Positions 58,113 to 64,000 of a stretch of 64,000 nucleotides of DNA are shown here, one piece after another. Each line of letters starts with the position of its first letter. The stretch's first letter is position 1. Origin of the DNA: Verrucomicrobiia bacterium (lineage in GTDB: Bacteria > Verrucomicrobiota > Verrucomicrobiia > Limisphaerales > UBA1319); NCBI GenBank assembly GCA_963664225.1, contig OY760937.1:2816001-2880000 (forward strand), in the 5' to 3' direction. Both the position numbers and the translations under genes were made by a program. Under the pieces are notes generated by a model, which made no database searches, had not been told where the DNA came from, and was given only the letters and a program-made list of their open reading frames with translations.

Positions 58113-59677
58113 GAGGCGCCCTCCGTGGTGAGCGTGGTTCCCAAGGCGGCGCGCAAAATGCGTTCACGATCGAATTGGGGACGCGTGAGATCGTCCACGA
58201 TTTCACCGCCATTCATCACGAGGATGCGGTCGCACAGGCCCATCAATTCTTCCATTTCCGATGAGATGACGAGAATGCCCGCACCCCGGTCGGCCAGCTC
58301 GTGAATGAGCCGGTAGATTTCAAACTTCGCACCCACGTCAATGCCGCGCGTGGGTTCGTCGAGGATGAGCACGCGCGGCTCGCAGAGCAGCCATTTGCCG
58401 AGGACCACTTTCTGCTGATTGCCGCCACTTAGAACGCGAACCGGTTGGGTGTCGCGCGTCTTGGCATCGAGCCGGACAATCTCCCGGATACGAGTGACGG
58501 CCGCGTCCAACGATTCTCTGGAAAGCCAGCGCACCGGCGCGCGCCCATGCTCCGGCAGAGTGGCGAGCGTAAAGTTATCGGCCACTGTGGCATCGAGACA
58601 CAGCCCCTCGGTACGGCGATTCTCGGTGAGAAAAGCCACACCGCGCCGGATCAGGGCTCCTGGCGTGAGACGGCGCAGGGTCTCACCTTCCAGACGCACC
58701 TCACCCGACGCGCGGGGATCGAGACCGAAGAGTATTCGCGCCAGTTCGGATCGGCCAGCACCCATCAGACCGGACAGGCCAAGAATCTCCCCGCGACTGA
58801 GCGTGAAAGAAATGTCTTCTACGACGCCGGGCTGTGACACGTTGCGGACTTCGAGAACAGGCGTGTTGGTATGCAGTCCAGCCTTTGGATCATTCACACC
58901 TGTCCGCAGTGGAGGCTTGCGCTCCGGGAAGACCTGGTTGAGGGTCCGTCCCACCATGAGCGAAACGAGCTTCTCGGTGGTGAACGTGGACGTCGCGCCT
59001 GAGCCAACCACCTCCCCGTCGCGCAACACCACAATCTCGTCGCAAAGCCGGAAGACATCCTCCAGCGTGTGGGAGATATAGATCATTCCCACGCCTCGTT
59101 CCTTGAGCCGTGCAATGAGCGAGAAAAGTCGCTCGGTCTCGCGAAAGCTAAGGGAAGTGGTCGGTTCGTCGAAAACGATGAGGCGCGCGTCGATGCTCAA
59201 AGCCTTGGCGATTTCCAGGAGCTGCCTTTCTCCTGCTGAAATGGTTTCGACAAGGCGATGAGGCGGAACGTCGAGACCCACCTCCCGCAGCAATTCAGCA
59301 GCGCGCTGACGCATTGCACTGCGGTTAATGAGCGGGGTGATGCCAACGCGCGGAAATTTCGTGAGAAATAGATTTTCGGCAATGCTCAGGTTGGGAAATA
59401 GATTCAACTCCTGATGAATGAGAGCAATGCCGTGGTCTTCCGCATCTTGCGGCGTAGCCGGCTTGAACTCGAGCCCATTCAAACGGATCTCCCCTTCATC
59501 CGCGGCCAGATTGCCGCCAAGAATATTCATGAGCGTTGATTTGCCGGCGCCGTTCTCGCCAACAAGACCCACCACGCGTCCCGCCTCGACCCTGCAGTTG
59601 ACGCCTTTCAAAACCCTCACGCCAAAGAACGCTTTTGAGATGCCGGCAAGCGAGAGAAGTTCGTGGCTTATTGTCAT
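58109..59677 (-). CDS. Sugar ABC transporter ATP-binding protein (RbsA-like, two ABC domains)
   Basis: GENGAGKST, DEPT, LSGGNQQK, DEPTRGIDVGAK. Confidence 0.95.
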   Translation of the reverse strand: MTISHELLSLAGISKAFFGVRVLKGVNCRVEAGRVVGLVGENGAGKSTLMNILGGNLAADEGEIRLNGLEFKPATPQDAEDHGIALIHQELNLFPNLSIAENLFLTKFPRVGITPLINRSAMRQRAAELLREVGLDVPPHRLVETISAGERQLLEIAKALSIDARLIVFDEPTTSLSFRETERLFSLIARLKERGVGMIYISHTLEDVFRLCDEIVVLRDGEVVGSGATSTFTTEKLVSLMVGRTLNQVFPERKPPLRTGVNDPKAGLHTNTPVLEVRNVSQPGVVEDISFTLSRGEILGLSGLMGAGRSELARILFGLDPRASGEVRLEGETLRRLTPGALIRRGVAFLTENRRTEGLCLDATVADNFTLATLPEHGRAPVRWLSRESLDAAVTRIREIVRLDAKTRDTQPVRVLSGGNQQKVVLGKWLLCEPRVLILDEPTRGIDVGAKFEIYRLIHELADRGAGILVISSEMEELMGLCDRILVMNGGEIVDDLTRPQFDRERILRAALGTTLTTEGAS

Positions 59678-60678
59678 GGCGTTTGCACCCAAAGCGAACC
59701 GCGAACAACGAAACGGTTTCTCATCGCATCCAACACCGCGGCGAACAGAATTACGGAACCTTTGGCCATGGTGATCGAGAACTGCGAGAGGTTGAGCAGG
59801 TTCAATGCGTTATCGAGAACGGCAAGAAACAGCACGCCAAAGAACGTCCACGCAATTTTTCCTTTTCCACCGAAGAGACTCGTTCCGCCGACAACCGTCG
59901 CGCCGATGACATCCATGAGAATTTCATGGCCGAGCACCGGCGAGCCGGTTTCCATGCGGCCAGTCAACAGAATGGATGCGAGCGCCGCGCAAAGGCCGGA
60001 TACCACATATGCGGCAAAAGTGATCGCGCGAACGGGCACGCCGGATATGTGGGCGGTCGTCGCGTTTTGGCCGACCGCGTACAACCAGCGCCCATACACA
60101 GTGCGACGAAGCGCAAAGTGCGCAACAAGTGACGCGGCGAAAGTGACCGTAAGCGCGATTGGGAGTTGCTTGCCAATGGCCAGAAAGGAGGCGGGCAGAT
60201 TATAAATACTCCTGGACTGAGTCAGCCAGATCGCAAAGCCGCTGATGAACATCCGCGATGCCAGGGTCACAATAAACCCCGGCAGGTGCAAAAACGCCAC
60301 GACAAGTCCATTGGCCGCACCCAGTGCCACGCCCAGCGCGAGCATCGATATCAGGCCCATGGAAGTGACCACGATCCCGCTTTCCCCGGTCATCAACTTC
60401 GCCCCCATCACGCTGGTCAGGGCGATGATGGACGTGACGGAAAGATCGATGCCCCCCGTGATCATCACCACCGTCATTCCAATGGCCACGATCAGCAGCG
60501 GCAGCAGGTAGCCGAGAATGTTGAGCAGATTCGCTCCGCTCAGGAGACCGGGCGTGAACGGCGCCAGTGCAATGAACATCACCACCGTCAGTCCAAACAC
60601 CAGATATTCCGAAAGGACGAGGCCGGCCAGTTTGCCGGTGGCTCGTGGCGCGCCATGTGTGAGGGCCGGAGCGGTCAT
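59674..60678 (-). CDS. Sugar ABC transporter permease (RbsC-like)
   Basis: GMTVVMITGGIDLS, YGRWLYAVG, VVGGTSLFGGKG. Confidence 0.93.
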   Translation of the reverse strand: MTAPALTHGAPRATGKLAGLVLSEYLVFGLTVVMFIALAPFTPGLLSGANLLNILGYLLPLLIVAIGMTVVMITGGIDLSVTSIIALTSVMGAKLMTGESGIVVTSMGLISMLALGVALGAANGLVVAFLHLPGFIVTLASRMFISGFAIWLTQSRSIYNLPASFLAIGKQLPIALTVTFAASLVAHFALRRTVYGRWLYAVGQNATTAHISGVPVRAITFAAYVVSGLCAALASILLTGRMETGSPVLGHEILMDVIGATVVGGTSLFGGKGKIAWTFFGVLFLAVLDNALNLLNLSQFSITMAKGSVILFAAVLDAMRNRFVVRGSLWVQTP

Positions 60679-60721
60679 GCGTGGTTCCTGCGCGACATCC
60701 CTGCAACGCTGAACGGTCTTG

Positions 60722-61717
60722 TCATTTCTTCACATTTGCGCCCCACATGCGCGGCGCCATTTCCTTCAGGTTGCCTTGGTGAATCACAAAGCCAGGATCG
60801 AGAATGAGGTCGTTGACAGTTTTGCCATCACGTCTATCAAGCAGTGCCTGCACACTTTCCAGGGCCTCGAAATACACATCCTGCACACCGGTTGCGTCAA
60901 CATATCCATCCACGAGCATCCGGTAGGCGGTCGCATCGCCATCGAAGCCGCCGAGGATGATGTGGCCTGGTTCCCCAATTTTTTTGTAGCGTCCGGCGGC
61001 CTTCAATGCGGAGCTGATTGAAGGAAAGAGAAAGTCCGACGACGTGAAAATGAAATCTATGCCCGGATTGGCCTGCAAAGCGTTCGCAACGCCCGCTTGT
61101 GCCTTCTCCTGGTTCCACTCGCTGGGAACGCGTGCCACGACTTCGATGATGTCCTCGTTCCCTTTCAACGCGTCTTCGAAGCCGTCGCGCCGGCCAATCG
61201 CGTTGATGTCGCCCATGTCGCCGAGCACGACCATCGCCTTGTGCTTGCCGCCGGTTTTCTTGGCCTGCTCGATCATATGAGCCACGGTTTCCCGGGTGAG
61301 CTTTCGATTGTCGGCGACAACCGAAGTGGACTGCGTGTCGTTTTTGTCGGCCGGGCGATTGAAGAGCACGATGGGAATTTTCGCATCGTTCGCCGCGCGA
61401 ATCATGGGAATGCAGGTCTTCGCATCCTTTGGCACGAGGATGATTCCGTCCACGCCGCGCGCGATGAAGTTTTTCACCTGCTGCAACTGACGGCTCTCAT
61501 CGCCATCAGCCACGGCCTCAAGCACACCGATGTCGCGCTTCTTCAACTCGGCCTTAATCGCCTCGAAACCCGCCACCCAATACTCGGTCTGGAGTGTTTC
61601 AAAGGCTACGCCCACGGTGAGTTTCTTCGCGCCGCCAGAATCGGTTCCGGCGGGTTTGCCGCAACCACAGAGGAATGCGATCAAGAGAACAGGGAAAAGG
61701 CGCGATGCGATTTTCAT
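60722..61717 (-). CDS. Sugar ABC transporter substrate-binding lipoprotein (RbsB-like)
   Basis: Lipobox FLCGC, GVDGIIL, IPIVLFNR, RRDGF, GFDG. Confidence 0.93.
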   Translation of the reverse strand: MKIASRLFPVLLIAFLCGCGKPAGTDSGGAKKLTVGVAFETLQTEYWVAGFEAIKAELKKRDIGVLEAVADGDESRQLQQVKNFIARGVDGIILVPKDAKTCIPMIRAANDAKIPIVLFNRPADKNDTQSTSVVADNRKLTRETVAHMIEQAKKTGGKHKAMVVLGDMGDINAIGRRDGFEDALKGNEDIIEVVARVPSEWNQEKAQAGVANALQANPGIDFIFTSSDFLFPSISSALKAAGRYKKIGEPGHIILGGFDGDATAYRMLVDGYVDATGVQDVYFEALESVQALLDRRDGKTVNDLILDPGFVIHQGNLKEMAPRMWGANVKK

Positions 61718-61842
61718 AAAGTGGTTCAGTGTTGGAAAAATGTCAGTAATTCGATGTTTTGTCCAGCTGCATCAGCCTGATTCAGAATCGTTTTTTCAAT
61801 TGGTGCTTTGGGGAGGTTCGACAGGGTGATCCCGGGACATCA

Positions 61843-61875
61843 AGGCGGGCTGATCTGTTGAAAACCAGCCCGCCT
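61843..61875 (-). terminator. GC-rich hairpin after the LamG gene (possible terminator)
   Basis: AGGCGGGCTG...CAGCCCGCCT, a 10-bp stem with a weak U tail. Confidence 0.4.
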
Positions 61876-61896
61876 GCGATACTGCGGTCTTGCGAA

Positions 61897-64000
61897 TTAC
61901 CGGCTTATGAGCCGGTAGAATTGGCCGCTGCCTGCAAGTGAGAGACGCACTGTCTTTTTGTTGCCGTCAACGACTGGCGTCGAGCCCTCATCCGACCAGT
62001 CTCCCTGACTCAGGCCGGCGCGTGATTGAAGCTGGAAGTTCGAAGCCGCCTCCCAGGTGATCACAAGTTGGTTGCTTTCCCGCGCGGCGACGATCTTCGG
62101 CGATTCGGCCACAGGAACCCCTGCTGGCGCTTTCTGAACCGCCTGAATTTCCGCCAATGTGAGCACTTTGTTGAACACATTCAGTTCGTCCATCAAACCG
62201 CGGAAACAGCGGCTGTTCCCTGCCCCGGCCGCATTGCGGGCTCCATTGTCCACGGCGCTGAAGTTGCCTGCGGTTAATTGGCCGATGCTGTTGATCGGGC
62301 CTTGGGGATAATCCGCCGTGATATCAACCGCCGCAGCCTGCGAAGGAGAGCCAAAGTAGAAGCTGGCATTGGCTGTCGCCAATGTCCCGTCATAGGTGAC
62401 CGCAAAGAAGACCCAATTCTCATTGCCCGCCGCAGGGTCTGCGGTGATGCGCGGAGAACTGAGTGCCGCGCTGTATGGGTTTCCATCAGGCCATGTGTTT
62501 ACCCCCAGCCACAGCACGCCATCCGCCTGTTGCACCAGGTCGAAACCGCCGGAACCCAGTCCAGCCTGGCAGTAAAACACGCGGTTGCCGCCAGGACCGT
62601 ATTGCAGATCGCGGCTGTTCAACCAACCGGTCAGGGTGAAGGCTTGCATGGATCCCAGTGTGGGGGTGACGGAGGTCGTCAAGTCGAGAGCCCGGCCACC
62701 CTCGCCATCCGCAATCACGCCAAAGTCCAACGACGATGTGTTGGCGGTGGGGGCAAATGCCCCCGTGGGTGTCAGGTTGGTAAAGGCCGGGAATGCATTG
62801 GCCTGAACCAGGCTGGCGGCGCCGCCCAGATTGCCCAGGTTCGCCGTTGTGGTGCCACTTCCTTCGGAGAACGAGAGGAACACCTTGTGGTTATTCTCAG
62901 CCAGCACGGTCAAGGTCGAGCGCTGACTGGTGGCGGTGTTTTTGGAGTTCGTGACCAGAACCCAGACTTGGTCGCCGCTATCGGACACCGTCGCGCTGTT
63001 CAGCGTGTAATTCGCGTTGGTCGCGCCCGCAATGGCGGTTTCAACACCAGCGTGCTTTTTCCACCATTGAAAACTCAGAGGCGGGGTGCCGCTGGCAGTG
63101 ACTCCAAAGGTCGCGTTTTGGCCTGTGAAAATTTTCACACTTTGCGGTTCCTGCTGAATGGCCACCGGTTCAACGACGGCCGGTTTATAGGCCGGGGCCG
63201 TTTGTTGTGCCTGGATTTCGGTGAGTGTCAATGCCCGGTTATACACGTTAATCTCGTCCATCAACCCACGGAAACAACGGCTCCCGCCGCTGGGGCCGGT
63301 TTCTGTGCGCGCGCCCGCGATTGTGCTGAAGTTGCCAATGCTGAGCGGCCCGGTGCGCGCCACAAGACCGCGACTGTAATCGGCCGCGTAATCCAATTGC
63401 GCCTGCTGGCTGGGGGTGCCGAAATAATAACTCAGATTTCCAGATTCAAGCGTGCTGTCATAGGTGACCGCGAAGTAAACCCAATTGGCGGCGCCCGCCT
63501 CGGGATCGGCGGTAATTTTACCCACGGTGCTCGCCGGACCACCAGGGTTCGCATCCGGCCACTCGTTAATGCCGATTCGCAGCGAGCCATTGGCAAGCTG
63601 CACGAGGTCCACTCCGGCGCCACCGGGAGTTTCCAGCGCGAAAGCGATTCGGTTTCCGCCCCAGCCCTCATTCAAGTCTTTGCAATTAATCCAACCGGAG
63701 ATGGTGAACGACGCAAGCGGCCCCAGGGTATTGTCGAATGCATTGGTCACATCGATCGCCCGGCCGCCTTGTGAGGCGGCGATAACCCCGAAGTCCACGC
63801 ACGCGGTGTTCTCAGTAGGGACATAAGATCCCGTGGGAACATTGGCGGAAGTGGCGGGATATCCCTGAGCGATTGCATAAACGCCATTGCCCTCCAGGTT
63901 GCCGAGGTTGGTCACCGTCATGCCGCCCTCGGAAAACGACAGGGACACCTTGTGTCCGGACTCAGCCACAACCGTGAGAGTCGCAACATCACTCATCAGG
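61897..64000 (-). CDS. Secreted LamG-like jellyroll plus immunoglobulin domain repeat protein, C-terminal part
   Basis: Two homologous units (FTISGW...NWVYFAVTYD...FRGLMDEINVYN), an Ig-like GTPPLSFQW segment and a C-terminal QFYRL. Frame is open to the window edge. Confidence 0.85.
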   Translation of the reverse strand, partial: LMSDVATLTVVAESGHKVSLSFSEGGMTVTNLGNLEGNGVYAIAQGYPATSANVPTGSYVPTENTACVDFGVIAASQGGRAIDVTNAFDNTLGPLASFTISGWINCKDLNEGWGGNRIAFALETPGGAGVDLVQLANGSLRIGINEWPDANPGGPASTVGKITADPEAGAANWVYFAVTYDSTLESGNLSYYFGTPSQQAQLDYAADYSRGLVARTGPLSIGNFSTIAGARTETGPSGGSRCFRGLMDEINVYNRALTLTEIQAQQTAPAYKPAVVEPVAIQQEPQSVKIFTGQNATFGVTASGTPPLSFQWWKKHAGVETAIAGATNANYTLNSATVSDSGDQVWVLVTNSKNTATSQRSTLTVLAENNHKVFLSFSEGSGTTTANLGNLGGAASLVQANAFPAFTNLTPTGAFAPTANTSSLDFGVIADGEGGRALDLTTSVTPTLGSMQAFTLTGWLNSRDLQYGPGGNRVFYCQAGLGSGGFDLVQQADGVLWLGVNTWPDGNPYSAALSSPRITADPAAGNENWVFFAVTYDGTLATANASFYFGSPSQAAAVDITADYPQGPINSIGQLTAGNFSAVDNGARNAAGAGNSRCFRGLMDELNVFNKVLTLAEIQAVQKAPAGVPVAESPKIVAARESNQLVITWEAASNFQLQSRAGLSQGDWSDEGSTPVVDGNKKTVRLSLAGSGQFYRLISR

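Noticed and set aside
62278..63774. 498-aa plus-strand ORF
   Set aside because: Antisense shadow of the LamG/Ig gene.

Overview
This is a GC-rich bacterial window, probably from Verrucomicrobiota; that assignment is inferred from the attC style, the integrase family and the LamG/Ig secreted proteins. Positions 1-39394 look like the right-hand part of a heavy-metal-resistance genomic island that ends at a 3'-terminal tRNA-Cys-like fragment (39373-39394). The island holds three CzcA-type RND loci (one cut by the window edge), a two-cassette integron remnant (attC sites, no integrase), an ICE/plasmid backbone-like block (DUF932, phage-type N6-adenine methylase, broken AbiE) and a copper cluster (CusCBA-like, CopA, CopB, YHS, DUF302, cytochrome c). 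To the right lie a truncated tyrosine integrase, a DedA-rhodanese/cNMP-kinase/receiver-TrxB-like module, an SDR plus MexEF-OprN-like operon with a divergent sigma54 activator, a 5'-truncated secreted protein, an IS remnant, a sugar ABC transporter and a partial LamG/Ig protein. The best candidate for an undescribed system sits in front of both complete czc operons. Each starts with a ~130-aa exported Cys-rich leader ORF ending in PELxxxWQFSxRxALxPRAPSxxS. Each leader has a TTGAACAT promoter-like element just upstream and a covarying GTCCC-N4-GGGAC hairpin 2 nt after its stop. Together these suggest a metal-responsive ribosome-arrest (RAPP-like) attenuator. That function is inferred, not shown.
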